DNA of 64,000 nt from Chrysomallon squamiferum (taxonomy: Eukaryota; Animalia; Mollusca): the NCBI GenBank assembly GCA_012295275.1, contig CM022677.1, positions 24,614,001-24,678,000 of the forward strand, in the 5' to 3' direction. The notes under the pieces are model-generated. The model saw only the letters and a program-made list of their open reading frames with translations. It was not told the origin of the DNA and searched no databases. Of this stretch, positions 16,719 through 32,779 are shown piece by piece; positions within the stretch are counted from its first letter, which is position 1; each line of letters opens with the position of its first letter. The translations under genes were made by a program, and so were the position numbers.

Positions 16719-17621
16719 TTACGACTACTACTACTATTACTATTTTTGTTGTCGTCGTTGTTGTTGTTGAAAGTGGCGGTGGTGGTGACCAATGCTTTTT
16801 GTACATTTCAGAATCTGATAAAACATGTATGCCACGTGAGATTTTTATTTTTATTTTTAAAAATGTGTTCGCTGTTGTTTGTTGTTTCTGCAGTGAACGT
16901 TTGTTTACTTTGATTCTGTCATGTTCGTGTGTACATCACATTAAACTGTCAACTCATGATTTTTTGTTTTGTATTTCTAGTACGATAATATATCTGATTG
17001 TGTATGTATACAAATATAGCTAAATGCAGAAACAAACACATACACACATACACACAGACGCACACAGACACGTTATATATATATATATATATATATGTTA
17101 CTGGTCTTACAGTTAATCATATTGTTACGGGTCCTATTATTACTATAATTAGTAATAGCTGTTGCAGCTTTGGTAGTAGTACTAATAGTAACAATATTAG
17201 TAACTTTAGTAGCAGTACAGTCTAGGAGTACTAATAGCAAAAGTATTAGTAACGTTACTAGTAGTACTCAATAGTACAAGTAATACTACCAGTGGAAGTA
17301 AATTTAGTAGAAATACAGCAGGGGTAATAATACACTAGTAGAAATATAATAGTAGCGACTTTAGTATCTGTACAGTAGTATTAATAGTAGTAGTAATAGT
17401 AATACTAAATAGTAATAACAGCAATAATAGCATCAATACCAACAGCAGTAGTGTAAGTACTGGAGAAGATGCTCGTAGTGATAGTAGTATAGTCAATGCT
17501 ATTATAAATATCTGTCTGTTATGTTTTCTCTGTTATATTGTTGTGTTATAATTATTTTTTTAAAAAGCAATATTTCAATATCAAAAGAACAAAAAAAAAA
17601 AAAAAAACAAAACCCCAACAA

Positions 17622-17657
<36 letters not shown>

Positions 17658-17836
17658 AAAAAAAAAAAAAGTTAAAAAAAATTATAAATAAAAATAAAAA
17701 TGAAAAAAAATAAAATTAAGTAAATATAATTCAGCGGATTTGTGTATATGTAAATAAATGGATATTTGGATTGATAGCTAGGTAGGGAGATAGATATATA
17801 ATTAGATAAATAGATAGAAAAATAGATTAAATAAAT

Positions 17837-17869
<33 letters not shown>

Positions 17870-17899
17870 TAGACCCATAAATAGATAGAGAGAGAGAGA

Positions 17900-18084
<185 letters not shown>

Positions 18085-18270
18085 ATATTACCAACGAGCC
18101 ATGCTGGAATACTAATTTACAAACAACGTAAAAAAGAAAAAAAAAAACGATCACTGTTTTATTTACTGTTAATGATTTAAAAACACGACTGAAAAAAAAA
18201 AATCATTCACAAAAACAAACTGAAAAAATTCACAACAAAAAAAAAACACACACAAAAACAAACCATTCTT

Positions 18271-18596
18271 TCACGAACGACGAAACTGGAACTGGTTGCT
18301 AATGTCCTGCCCCGCACGACACCTCCACTCTTTGAAGTCGTTGTTCTTCACCGGTGATATCGTCATCGTGAACGCGTCAGGTTCGAACCTGCTCAAGCAA
18401 CCACACCGGTATCGCTTTATGTGGAACGGGCTCGTGCAGGAGGAGTCAGTCAGGCAGAACGTGACGAACACCCCTCGCACGTGCTTCTGGAACTCCACAG
18501 GGAACTTTCTGCCGCCGGCGGGGTAGACGTGGCAGTACAGAGTGTAGTTGTGCGTTGGCGTAGCGTAGGGTTTGCCGTTGATGAGCACTGCCGTAC
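18271..18596 (-). CDS. Gene C, domain exon 4 (ends in stop)
   Basis: AAG acceptor. TAVLINGKPYATPTHNYTLYC...FCLTDSSC...YRCGC...DFKEWRCRAG...FRRS*. Confidence 0.9.
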
Positions 18597-18601
18597 CTTG
18601 T

Positions 18602-18638
<37 letters not shown>

Positions 18639-18729
18639 AAATATTAAAAACAAAATAAATAAAAATGTTCCTCCAGTTAATGATATCGTGTTGTTGTTGT
18701 TGTTGTTGTTTTGTGTTGTTGTTGTTTTA

Positions 18730-18789
<60 letters not shown>

Positions 18790-19127
18790 GTTATTATTGT
18801 TGTTATTATTATTTTTGTTGTTGTTGTTGTTGTTATGGTTCATATTCTTCTTTGCTGATTTTCACATTTTCTTGCATTTCATTATCACAACCTTTATTAT
18901 CAAATCGAATAAGATTTCGGTCGAATAACAAATTTAGTGCAATAACATTTCTATATTGCCGATAAACAATTGATAATGATTACTATTTTATTTATTTATT
19001 TATTTATTTCTCTCCCTCTCTATGTTTAAATGTTGTAGAAATTTTGGAGCACAAAGTCGAATTTAACAATTATCTTTCGTGAGCAAAGTATACATAGATA
19101 TATGTGCGTTTGTGTTTATGTGTATGT

Positions 19128-19288
<161 letters not shown>

Positions 19289-19333
19289 ACGACATCAAAA
19301 CAAAACAAACGATTTACTCAGTGAATCACTTAC

Positions 19334-19660
19334 TCTTCACATTGAAACTGAACTGGTTGCTAAGGCTTGGCCCCGCCTGGCACCTCCAGTTGACGTGATC
19401 TCTTTCTCTGACTGTTAACAGCGTCAGCCTGTACAGCCGACTCGTCGAGCTGCCGTTGACGCAGCCGCACTCGTACACGTTCACGTGGAACGACTGTCGA
19501 CAGTTCTTGTCGACCAAACAGACGGTGTAGAACGTGCCATTCTGTTCTCTCTGGAAGAGGACGTTGTAGGTGATGCTAGAGACCGGTGTTGAAGTACAGA
19601 ACAGGGTGTAGTTGTTTCCCACAGGGACGCGCAGGGGACCGTTGATTTGTAGCGTCACAC
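19334..19660 (-). CDS. Gene C, domain exon 3
   Basis: 327 nt, CAG acceptor, A|GTAAG donor. INGPLRVPVGNNYTLFC...VCLVDKNC...YECGC...DHVNWRCQAG. Confidence 0.9.
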
Positions 19661-19859
19661 CTGGAAAATTTTGAAATTCATGTTTATTGAGTGGTGTAAT
19701 ATATATCGTAGCTGATATTATTGACACTGTAATACGAAGAACGTTGGTAGTACAATAATTAATTTAGCAAAAAAAATAAAAAAAAAATAAAAATTAATAT
19801 TAATAATTGAAATTAATGTTATTGTGTTTAGTATACTGGTTATTTGAAGAATGTAGAGG

Positions 19860-19935
<76 letters not shown>

Positions 19936-20006
19936 TATGTGAATGATTCTATGACCTTTGTGTGTGCATTTATCTACATCTGTTGTAGTTTTATGTATAT
20001 TGTGAA

Positions 20007-20061
<55 letters not shown>

Positions 20062-20188
20062 GATAGACTGATAGATAGATAGGTAGAGAGATATGCAATG
20101 TGTGTGTTTTGTGGTTGTTGTTTTTTCTGTATACCGTTCTTTCAAATGTGCATATCTTTGGTGTACTCATAGTTATGTGTCTATGTGT

Positions 20189-20247
<59 letters not shown>

Positions 20248-20488
20248 AGTTTGAGTTAGTTGTTGCATTCTTCTGTGTATATCAAAGCAAAGAAATAATT
20301 GTAATGCTATTATTATTGTCGTTGTCTTCTTCTTCTTCTTGATTGTCAATACTGTTGAGTGTTATTGTTTTTGTTGTTGTTGTTGTTTTTGTTAATTTAC
20401 CAAATATATTTAGATATAAAAACCAAAAAAAAAAATAAAAAAAAAAAAAAAAAATAAATAAAAAATACACAGAAAGCCAGGCTCTTAC

Positions 20489-20815
20489 TGTAAATGTTGA
20501 ACTTCATCAAGTTGCTAAAACTTGGTCCAACTTGACATCTGAACCGTCTTCGGTGTTTCTCGGACACTCTCGGTATTATCATTTTGTAAACCCGGACGTA
20601 CGCACTGGTTTGAGCACATGCGCAGACGATGCGTTTTGCAAAGCTTCGGTTCCTGCACGACTTGCTGACGGTACAAACTGTACGGAAAGCTTTTTTGATG
20701 TCTGCTTGAAAATTGACAGAATAACCAATCACAGAAACAGGCGAGACACGGCAAAACAAAGTGTACTTGTGTCCGTGGACAACATTGGGTGATCCGTACA
20801 TCTGTACTGATACGC
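20489..20815 (-). CDS. Gene C, domain exon 2
   Basis: 327 nt, TAG acceptor, A|GTAAG donor. MYGSPNVVHGHKYTLFC...VCTVSKSC...IVCAC...RRFRCQVG. Confidence 0.9.
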
Positions 20816-20961
20816 CTAAAATAACAATAACAATAACAATTACAACAATGACAATAGTAATAATAAAAATAACAACAAAAATAATAATAGCAATAATAAC
20901 AACAACAACAACAATAAGAATTACCATAATAATAATAACGATAAGAATAATAATAGTAGTA

Positions 20962-20994
<33 letters not shown>

Positions 20995-21499
20995 ATGGTA
21001 GTTGTAGTAACAACACTACAAAAACGATAATGACTATGATAATGTTGATGACGATAAAAACATCATCGAAAACACCACAACCACCACCGATAACAACACC
21101 AACAACAACCACAACAACAACAACAAACACCAGTAACAAAATAAAGGCAATAACAGTCACGATGATGATTATTATGATGATCATCATTATGAAAATCATC
21201 ATTAGTATCCTCATTATGTGTTATTACTGGTCGTAGTAGAAGTATTAGAAATTGCAGTAGTGGTAGTAGTAGTAGTACAAAAGATAATAGTAATAGCAGA
21301 AATAGCAGTCGTAATAGTAGAATTTAATTAATTTTATTTACTTTATTTTGATTAATGCATTAAGTATGTAAGTATGTATGTATGAATGAATGTATGTAAG
21401 TATGTATATGTGGATGTATATAGAGCGAGACAAGCAAATAGAAAGAAGGATAGGTCTTACAGTGAGATAGATAAATATACAAAGATTTAGATATACCAA

Positions 21500-21643
<144 letters not shown>

Positions 21644-21675
21644 TCTGCTATATATAAATACGTAGACGTATTTAC

Positions 21676-22005
21676 TGAAAATGTTAAACTTGAACAGATT
21701 GCTAATCTGCGACCCAATCTGACACCTCCAGAACCTTTGGTCTCTTGTCACCACTCGCAATATCTTCATGCTGTAGATTCGAGTGTCAGAATTCGCTATT
21801 GCACATCCACATTCGTACCCCGCGCTCCTAGCGTGGCCCTGAGCGCACGACGGTTTCACAGTGCACACTGAGTGGAAAGTCCCGTTCTTGCCTCGCTGAA
21901 AGACGACAGGAATTTTCACCACGTTCGCCTTTGACAGGGTACAGAACAGAGTGTAGTCCTTTTCTACAGCTGCACTAGCCGGACCGATCATTTGTATGGT
22001 GAAGC
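21676..22005 (-). CDS. Gene C, domain exon 1 (leader exon not found)
   Basis: 330 nt, CAG acceptor, A|GTAAA donor. MIGPASAAVEKDYTLFC...VCTVKPSC...YECGC...DQRFWRCQIG. Confidence 0.9.
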
Positions 22006-22031
22006 CTGTGAATAGAAAGTTTAAAACGGAG

Positions 22032-22281
<250 letters not shown>

Positions 22282-22553
22282 CTGTTTTTAACTACGTATG
22301 TCTCTCACTACCGCAAACAAATGCACGACGAATATATAGAGAAGAAGAATCATTGTAGAAATTTTGCTTTAAACTGAAAACATTCGTTATGTCGGTTTCA
22401 TTAATTGTACCGTACGTACGCTCCACATCCCGTTCGCTATTACTTTTTTTTTTTATTATTTTTTTTATTTTTATGTTTTTTTGTTATCATTACTTCAAAC
22501 AAATATTTTTTTACGATCATACTTTCTCTGCCTGCAACCAGCTAATTTTTAAC

Positions 22554-22651
<98 letters not shown>

Positions 22652-22739
22652 TGAATTATTTATTAGGCAAAAATAATTATGATGATGATGATAATAATAA
22701 TAATAATAATAATAACAACAACAACAACAACAACAATTA

Positions 22740-22973
22740 TATAATTATTGTTTAATCAGTTTCCTTTAAGCAGTATCAGTATATTCTCAGACAGAGATGT
22801 CAGATGTATTTTTTCTTAAATAAAAATGTTAAGATGAGTATCAATTCGTATTTTATTATTGCAATTGGCTTAAATTTGAGAAATATTAGAAATGCATTTC
22901 AGTTGCTTCACATGATGTCAGTTTTATTATTAACTGAAACTATGTGCAGGAATTTACTACTACTACTATTATA

Positions 22974-22975
<2 letters not shown>
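22740..22975 (+). repeat. Locus-specific non-coding block present three times (also ~27250-27475 and ~29660-29880)
   Basis: Shared sequence TCAGTTTCCTTTAAGCAGT...ATTCTCAGACAGAGATGTCAGATGTATT...GAAACTATGTGCAGGAAT(T/G)TACTACTAC. Confidence 0.85.
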
Positions 22976-23021
<46 letters not shown>

Positions 23022-23086
23022 GCTACTACTACTACTACTTGCTACTACTACTACTACTATACTACTACTACTACTATTATATCTAT

Positions 23087-23169
<83 letters not shown>

Positions 23170-23209
23170 TTCTATTATTATTATTATTATTTATTATTAT
23201 TTCTTTATT

Positions 23210-23241
<32 letters not shown>

Positions 23242-23342
23242 TTTTTTAAAATACATTTTCAACAAAACATAACAAAACAATCTACATCTGAATCTAAAAT
23301 CTCAATTATATAAACATATATCCATACATTTTTGACACGATA

Positions 23343-23404
<62 letters not shown>

Positions 23405-23534
23405 AACACATGGTATTACAGACAGCTTGCAACACTCAGCGAGTTTACATGTAACAAGCTGATGCGAGTATTTGCTGACAGGAGAACATCAGTTTAGAAG
23501 ACTTGATACGAGAGAAAGTTTCACACTTTCAGTC

Positions 23535-23592
23535 ATGATCATTCCTTGCTGTTTTATCACCTACTGGGTCTGTTTCATTGCAGTTTCTACAG
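23535..23592 (+). CDS. Gene D leader exon (signal peptide MIIPCCFITYWVCFIAVST-G)
   Basis: 19 codons + 1 nt, ACAG|GTTGAT phase-1 donor. Homologous to the leaders at 54040-54100 and 48878-48937, including 5' flank. Confidence 0.85.
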
Positions 23593-23784
23593 GTTGATTT
23601 TATTTTACTTTTGTTTTTAATTTTTCAGCAAAGAATATAAATGTAAAAGCCCATGGGGTGATGATGATGATGATGATAATAATGACGACAATACTAATCC
23701 GAATTATTGTGATGAACATACAGCTTATACTACTATTAATGTAATCAGTAATATTGTTGATATTTAGTCTCTGTTATTTTTCAC

Positions 23785-24075
<291 letters not shown>

Positions 24076-24198
24076 AATTTCATCATAATAATAATAACAC
24101 TAATAATACTACTACTACTAATAACAATCTCAGTGATTATTTCTCAACCACTCAGTCATCACGTTATTCAGACTTTATTTCCTTTCTTTTTCTTTAAG

Positions 24199-24528
24199 GC
24201 TTGCTAATAGGCATGATTGGCCCGGGACCGGTGTTACTGAGAACTCAGTCAAAGTTCCTGTGCAAGGCGTATCCAGTTGAGGAAATCACCTCGGACATTC
24301 TCTTTCAGAGGAAGCAGGGAGACGATTTCCAGACGATCTGCAACGTGGCCAGAGCTTGCATCAGACCGCTCCTGCAAGCGAACTACGTCTGCGACTGCGT
24401 CGTGCGAAAGTCCAGAGGACATCAGTGGTACAGACTGACCATTGCGCACACTCAGCAGGTCGACCTCGCCGAGTGGAGGTGCAAGATCGGCGAGTTTTAC
24501 AGCAACAACGTCACCTTCACTCTTAAAA
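24199..24528 (+). CDS. Gene D, domain exon 1 (CKIG subclass)
   Basis: 330 nt, AAG acceptor, A|GTGAG donor. MIGPGPVLLRTQSKFLC...ICNVARAC...YVCDC...DLAEWRCKIG. Confidence 0.9.
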
Positions 24529-24576
24529 GTGAGTACTGGATGAAATCTACGTGTTTTCTTTTGTTTTCCTCATAGG

Positions 24577-24682
<106 letters not shown>

Positions 24683-24829
24683 CATTTATATATATAAAAC
24701 TATCAGGAAAATAATATATATATAGGTATAAATATATATACCTCTTTCTATGGTCCATGGTTTTCCTTGGACAATCATCAATCCTGGCCATATTACTTTC
24801 AGTTCATCGATGTTTGGGAACATGTCTAT

Positions 24830-24909
<80 letters not shown>

Positions 24910-25009
24910 AATATAAACACATATACACACACATACAATTATACATGTATAATAGTAATAATTATTATTACCGGTGGTTTTGCAGTTGTTGTTATTATTG
25001 TTGTTGTTG

Positions 25010-25066
<57 letters not shown>

Positions 25067-25086
25067 TATTTTTTTATTATTCTTAC

Positions 25087-25120
<34 letters not shown>

Positions 25121-25273
25121 TCTATTGTTATTATTGTTATTATTGCTATTTTTATTGTTATTATCATCATCATTATTATTATTATTAAATTATTATTATT
25201 ATTATCATCATCATCATCATCATTATTATCATCATTATTAGAACTTTCCCTGAAACTGAATTTTCATTTTCAG

Positions 25274-25597
25274 AAGCGTTTGTGCAGATAAAGGCGCAAA
25301 CGATTGCGGTTCTGGGTCAGCCTTACAGCTTCTTCTGCATAGCGAAGATTGCTGACCACGACAGCGGAGTAATGAGTTTTCAGAAATACGACTACGAGTA
25401 TTTTTCAATGTGCAAAGTCAACGTGTCTTGTGTGCAGCAGGAACACGCTCAGAACTACGAGTGCGGTTGCTTGAAGAAGATGTTCAGCACCATCATCTTT
25501 AAAATGACGGTACTGAAGCTGGAAAGACGTGACAAAGTCCCGTGGAGGTGTCAGTTTGAAGACAGCTTCAGCGACGTGTTTCAGTTTACTATTGAAC
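25274..25597 (+). CDS. Gene D, domain exon 2
   Basis: 324 nt, CAG acceptor, C|GTAAG donor. LGQPYSFFC...MCKVNVSCVQQE...YECGC...DKVPWRCQF. Confidence 0.9.
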
Positions 25598-25714
25598 GTA
25601 AGATATAAGAAGAAGAAGAAAAAGAAAAAATGTTTTTTGATTGTTAGAGTCTGCAACTGATCACCAAACGTTTGATTTTTATAATAATGATAATAAAACT
25701 AATAACAATAATAA

Positions 25715-25818
<104 letters not shown>

Positions 25819-25873
25819 ATAATAATAATAATAATGATAATCAAACTAATAACAATAATAATAATAATAAAAC

Positions 25874-25940
<67 letters not shown>

Positions 25941-26137
25941 TTACTACTACTACTACTACTACTACTACTAATAATAATAATAATAAAAAACTAATAATTA
26001 TAAAACAAAGAAGATCATCATAATGATGACGATGGTGACAATAATGATCACAACAACGACGACAAACACTAAACATTTCCTACTTACTTTCCAAACGACG
26101 ACGACGATGACGTCAAAACCTATACTCGTGTTTTCAG

Positions 26138-26481
26138 CCATACGTCTCAGAATGTACTCGATCGGGCAGCCCGTGAAGTCGGAGCCATTCACGATTTACT
26201 GCGAGGTCACCCCTTCCAGCAGCATCTCGTATCCTCTCTACTTCGAGCTCAACTTCGGCTACGGCTTCTGGAAGACGTGCCTGGTCGACAAGAGGTGCAC
26301 GATGAGGCTCCCCATCCCCGAATACACGTGCGGCTGCGTGGACAGCACGACGCACGTGCGAGTGTACACGCAGAGGATCGTCAAGCTCGACGACATCCAC
26401 CTGCACACGTGGATGTGCCGCAGCGGGCTGAACGCGAGCGAACCGATGGAGCTGAAGCTGGAGAAGAGAGACCGCATGTAA
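26138..26481 (+). CDS. Gene D, domain exon 3 (terminal NFGYGFW/LPIPEY subclass, ends in stop)
   Basis: CAG acceptor. FTIYCEV...FELNFGYGFWKTCLVDKRCTMRLPIPEYTCGC...WMCRSG...EKRDRM*. Confidence 0.9.
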
Positions 26482-26495
26482 AACACAATAACAGT

Positions 26496-26526
<31 letters not shown>

Positions 26527-26569
26527 AATAATGATGATAATGATGATAATAATGATGATGATGATGATG

Positions 26570-26609
<40 letters not shown>

Positions 26610-27083
26610 CAGCAATAAGAACGGCAACAACAAAGCAAAAAAAAAAAATAATCATGAGATGAATAAAAATAAGAATAGCACCAACGACAACAATATTGCT
26701 AATAATAATAACAAGAACAGCAAGGCTTACAGGAGCAACAACAACAACAACAGCTACAGTAATAATAATAGTAATACATCTTATTGGAATAGAAATAGTA
26801 TAGTAAGATGGAAATTTATTAATTGTAGTAGATTTGTGAAATTATATTACATTAATTACTGTAGGTGTAAAATTTCTTCGAATTTTCAAAAGAAAAGTAA
26901 TTTACAGTGCATTAAACATATTTTCAATGCTTTTATCTTTTACGTGTATATATATATATATATATTTTGTGCATGAGTATTTGTATTTTTTCTGTAACTT
27001 GAAAGATTAGTAATCTGCTGTCTTCAGTATTTTTATTTTCTATTTAATTTAATTTAATTTAATTTATTATTATTATTATTATT

Positions 27084-27121
<38 letters not shown>

Positions 27122-27661
27122 TATATGTCTTTGTTCTTCAGGAAGCCAATATGAATTCTTTTGAAGAAACTGAGAAAATGGAATCTTTCACAATGGTGTT
27201 GTGATAAGAAAAAAAAAATGTTAACCAGAATAGATTCTTCTTACTTTGTAATTATAATTTTATCAGTTTCCTTTTAACAGTATTAGTATATTCTCAGATA
27301 GAGATGTCAAATGTATTTTTTCTCTTAAATAAAAACATTAAGATAAGTATCAATTCGTATTTTGTTATTTTTAATTTAAGAAATATTCGAAATCCAATTC
27401 AGTTACTTCACATAATGTCAGTTTTATTATTTATTGAAACTATGTGCAGGAATTTACTACTACTACTACTACTACTGGTACCACTACTACTATACTTCTA
27501 CAATAACTACTATTATTACTGTTATTAGAAGTATTATAACTATTATTAGTAGTCTTACTGCTTCTGCTATTATTATTATTACTATTATTATTACTGTTGT
27601 TGTTGTTTTTTATTATTATCATTATTTTTTAATTAATTAATTATTTTATTTTTATTTATAT

Positions 27662-27696
<35 letters not shown>

Positions 27697-27864
27697 TATT
27701 CTTTATGGTTTTATTATTTAAAAAAATTGTATTTATTTATTTATAACAATAATAATAAATAAAGAGTCATAATTCTGCAACAGGTAAGATGTCCTATATA
27801 AAAAATTGTTGAATTGGTTTTGAAGTTAGTTCATCTTTTTTTTATTAGTTTTTTTATTTCATTG

Positions 27865-27930
<66 letters not shown>

Positions 27931-28457
27931 GTATGTAGTAGTAGTGGTAGTAGTATTTCTTTTGTTTTAGTAATACAGAGTCATTATTGTGTAAATTTTA
28001 GTTACATATGAGGGTTTTATCAAATTACGATTGTTTCGTTTATGTCAAACACATAAGTCACGAAATAGGCTTACTGAAATAATATATCAGGCAACGATGT
28101 TGCCGTGGGTGCGTGGGTGTGTTTGTGTGCTACAATTCCATATTTCTGGTCACTGAAGTAAAGTGTCAAATAGTGATATTGTCGTTGTTGTTGGTTCTGT
28201 GATTACATTAACTGGGTAATTCAGTAAATTAGGTCACTGACGTAAACTATCGTAATGTTGGTATTATTACAGTTATTACAGATTTCTAAAGTTAAAGACC
28301 TATACAAAGTAGGCTATGATACTATTCCATTGTTTTTAACAAGGCGTGCATATTGATGAAAAATATATATAGTTCAAAGTGTTAATAAACATGTGGTAAT
28401 TAAGAAGATGCAAGGTATATATACATATATATATATATATATAATATATATATATAT

Positions 28458-28496
<39 letters not shown>

Positions 28497-28791
28497 TACA
28501 CACGCATTTATTAAAATTATATTATAACATCTGTTTGCGATTTGATACCAATGTACTGAATAACGTGTTTGTTTTTGTTTTTTTATTTCATTTTATTTCA
28601 TTTTATTTCAATTTATTATTATTTTTTGGTTGGTTTTTCTTGTACGTGTTGTTGTTTTGGGCGGATTATTATTATTATTATTTTCTTCTTCTATATAGAT
28701 ATTATATTTAGACAAACAATATACTAACGTTCAGAAATGAAATGCCAGAATTTCAGCATAAGACGAAATAAACCACGTTATACAATTGTAC

Positions 28792-29047
28792 TACGTTTCC
28801 TTTGTATTTTGAGCTGAATTTCGGGTCTGGCTACTGAAACACGTGCCCAGTGGACAAGAACTGCGTAATGAGATTTCCAGTCCCCGATTACAGATGTGGC
28901 TGTGTTGACAGTCATTTGACAAAACGTGTGTACAAACTGAACATTTTAAAAGTTGGGGACATCGATCTTTCTTTTTGGAAATGTCGAAATGGAGTGATCT
29001 GGAGTAACAGAATTGAGCTTAAGCTGAAGAAAAGCGACCATATGTGA
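28792..29047 (+). pseudogene. 5'-truncated terminal-type domain exon with a nonsense codon
   Basis: FPLYFELNFGSGY*NTCPVDKNCVMRFPVPDYRCGC...WKCRNG...KSDHM*. TGA replaces the Trp codon. The 3' flank duplicates that of gene D. Confidence 0.85.
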
Positions 29048-29442
29048 AAACAATAGCAATTAATAATAGTAATGATGATGATGATAATAATAATAATAAT
29101 AATGATGATGATGATGATTATTTTAATAATAATAATAATGATAATAATAAAAAAAAAATAATAATAATAACAACAACAACAGTATTAGCAACAACAGCAG
29201 CAGCAGCAACAACAACAGTATTAATAATAACAAGAAAAAGAGTAACGAAAGCAACAAGAACAGTAATATTAATAATAGCAATAAAAATAATCTACAGTAC
29301 ATTATACATATTTTCAATGATTTTATCTTTTACGTGTATATATATATAATCTTTGTGTGTGTGATGTGTGTGTTTTTTTATCTATAATTTGAAAGATTAG
29401 TAATTTACTGTCTTCAGTATTTTTTATTTTCTATTTAATTTA

Positions 29443-29539
<97 letters not shown>

Positions 29540-29866
29540 CTTTGTTTTTCAGGAGACCAATAAGAATTCTTTTGAAGAAACTGAGAAAATGGAATTTTTC
29601 ACATTCGTCTTGTGATAAGAAAAAAAAAAGACGTGAACTAGAATAGATTCTTCTTACTTTGTAATTATACTTTTAACAGTTTCCTTTAAGCAGTGTCAGT
29701 ATATTCTCAGACAGAGATGTCAGATGTATTTTTTTCTTAAATAAAAATGTTAAGATGAGTATCAATTCGTATTTTATTATTTTAAATTTGAGAAATATTA
29801 GAAATCCAATTCAGTTACTTCACACGATGTCAGTTTTATTATTAACTGAAACTATGTGCAGGAATG

Positions 29867-29910
<44 letters not shown>

Positions 29911-30569
29911 GTGCCACAACTACCACTACTACTAGCTAGTACTTCTACTATAATTACTATTATTACTGTTATTAGAAATATTATTATTAATATTAGTAGT
30001 CTTACTCCTTCTGTTATTATTATTTGTAGTATTATTATTATTGTTACTGTTTTTATTATTATTATAGTTATTTTTTAATTATCTAATTATTTTATTTATT
30101 TATTTTTTATATATACTTTATTGATTTATTGTTTTATTTTTTTATCATTTATTTTACTGATTTATTTGTTTATTTATTGATTTATTTATTGTTGGTTTCG
30201 TTTATTAGTATTTTCAAGTAGGACGTTATTTTGATTTGATGACATCAAACAGTAGGATGATATTTTACAGCATTTCGTTCAATTACAGAAAGCAGAGAGA
30301 CGGTGGAAAGCTGTGAGATAGCATCCATTTACTAATTGTCTGGTGACAGTCTAGGATAATCTGTATTGAATTTTCAGTATCTTCTTTTTTTATATATTTT
30401 GTTTTGATTATTCTCCTTTTCTATGTGTTTGTCTGTTTGTCTATGTGTGCATAGAATTAGGATAATGGATGCCATCAATTTCGAGATGTGGATGCTTATA
30501 TTTAAAATATTTATTTAAAGAAAAAAAAAACAAAACAAAGAAAAAGCACATTTCCGATCATCATGTAAA

Positions 30570-30664
<95 letters not shown>

Positions 30665-30697
30665 TTTTTTGTTCTCATTTTCATTAGTAAATAAAGA

Positions 30698-30792
<95 letters not shown>

Positions 30793-30874
30793 CACACAGT
30801 TTTATTTTTCGTGAATTGTGTGTAAATAAATAAATAAAGAAACAAACAAACAAACAAACAAACAAACAAACAAA

Positions 30875-30921
<47 letters not shown>

Positions 30922-32324
30922 ATGAAATCAATTCACTATTAATAACAGTTCTTCTTTTGGCAGCAGGGTTAAGCTGCTACAGTTCAGTGAAATGAATGCA
31001 ATGCAGATAAACTAGTGTATTTTTAACTGATAGTTTATCATGTGCATCTCACTCTCATTTCGATGTGTGTCATAACTTGGCAACTGCGTATGAAATTATA
31101 TCCCATACACGACATCCTAGATGCGTATAAAATATCACATAAAATATGACATTTAACATTTTTGTTCATTATTATGTATTACGCGTCTGTAGAACTAAAG
31201 TGAAAAAAAAGGACATTTTAATTAAGATAAGTTAAAGGACCTATCCTTCAGTCTAAATATTTTCTCTGTTGAATAAAACAATTTACTACACTGATCAATG
31301 AATACAAATAATATAGTAGCTCAGAGTTATACGAAAATGAAAATACACTACTGCTGTCACAACTACCAATACTACAACCACTAGTGCTACTGCTATTACT
31401 ACTGCTACCACTGCTACAATTGTTACTATTACTACTGCCATTCTGAAGACCAGTCTCTGCCATTATATTGCTGCTACGACGTCTATTGCTACTTCTGTTA
31501 CTGCTACTGCTATTACTACTAGTATTACTACTAATATTTCTAATACTAATATTGTTCCTACTGATATTACCACTATTACTGGTACTACTATTATTACATT
31601 ATTACTACTACTGATAATGTTAGTCTTGCTACTGTTGCTCTTACTACTGCTACTAGTACTATTGCAACTACTACTACTGCTATTACTAATTGTACCACTA
31701 CTACTGCTGCTTCTACTGATACTACTACTACTACTGCTACACTGTTACTAATATTAATAGTACAACTACTTTTACTACTATTAATGCTACTGTTTCCATT
31801 ATTGCTACTGCTATCCCTATTACTATTGCTATTACTACTACTACTACAGAGACCGCTACTTCTACTACTACGACTACTGCTGCTACTACTACAACTACTA
31901 CCACTCCTACCACTTACAACACTACTACTACTACTACTGCTACTACTACTGCTATTAATATTACTAATACGACTTTTCTGTTACTACAGTTACAAGACAG
32001 AGAAAACAACTAATTTAAAAAACTATGACAAAAATAAATAAAACTTAAGAAATAAATCTCAAAGTGTTGAAACAATGTGAAATCAATTGTTGATGTTGTT
32101 TCTGTTCTTTGTTTTTTTTTTAATCAAAGATATCTAAAGTATGCAACATTAAACTAATTAAAGTAAAATCTGTTGTTAAAATAAAGAAATAAAGAAAGGA
32201 AGAAAGAAAGAAAGAGAAAATTCAAGGAAATCTAAAGTATACAATATAAAACTATGTGTAATAAAGGAATACTAGTTAAAATTAAAAGAAAAAATACACG
32301 TAAGTTAAATAAATAAATAAATAA

Positions 32325-32367
<43 letters not shown>

Positions 32368-32544
32368 ATCTATATCTGATCTAATTAATTTCAAGCCAAA
32401 AAGAAATAGTAAAAAAAAAAAAAAAAAAAACAGGGTGTAATTAAAAATTAAATTTATATCTAGCACAAAAATATTGATTAATTGCTCTTATTAACAACTG
32501 TTAAAATATTGTATTTGTAGGATTTTATAAAATTAATGGTCTGA

Positions 32545-32629
<85 letters not shown>

Positions 32630-32682
32630 CCTATTGTTTTTTTTTGTTGTTTTTCTACTTTTTTCTTCTTCTTCTTCTTCTT

Positions 32683-32713
<31 letters not shown>

Positions 32714-32779
32714 TTATTATTATTATTGCTGCTGCTGCCCTGGTTGTTGTTGTTGTTACAGTTGTTGTCGCTTTTATTA

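Noticed and set aside
17140-17500. Ser/Asn/Thr-rich mucin-like coding stretch (also ~31350-31980 and ~61830-62190)
   Set aside because: Degenerate (TAG/TAA/CAG)n microsatellite with frequent stops and no clear splice-bounded frame.
22410-22520. Candidate leader exon for gene C
   Set aside because: The ATG-initiated minus-strand frame is Lys/Asn-rich and stops early, so it is not a signal peptide.
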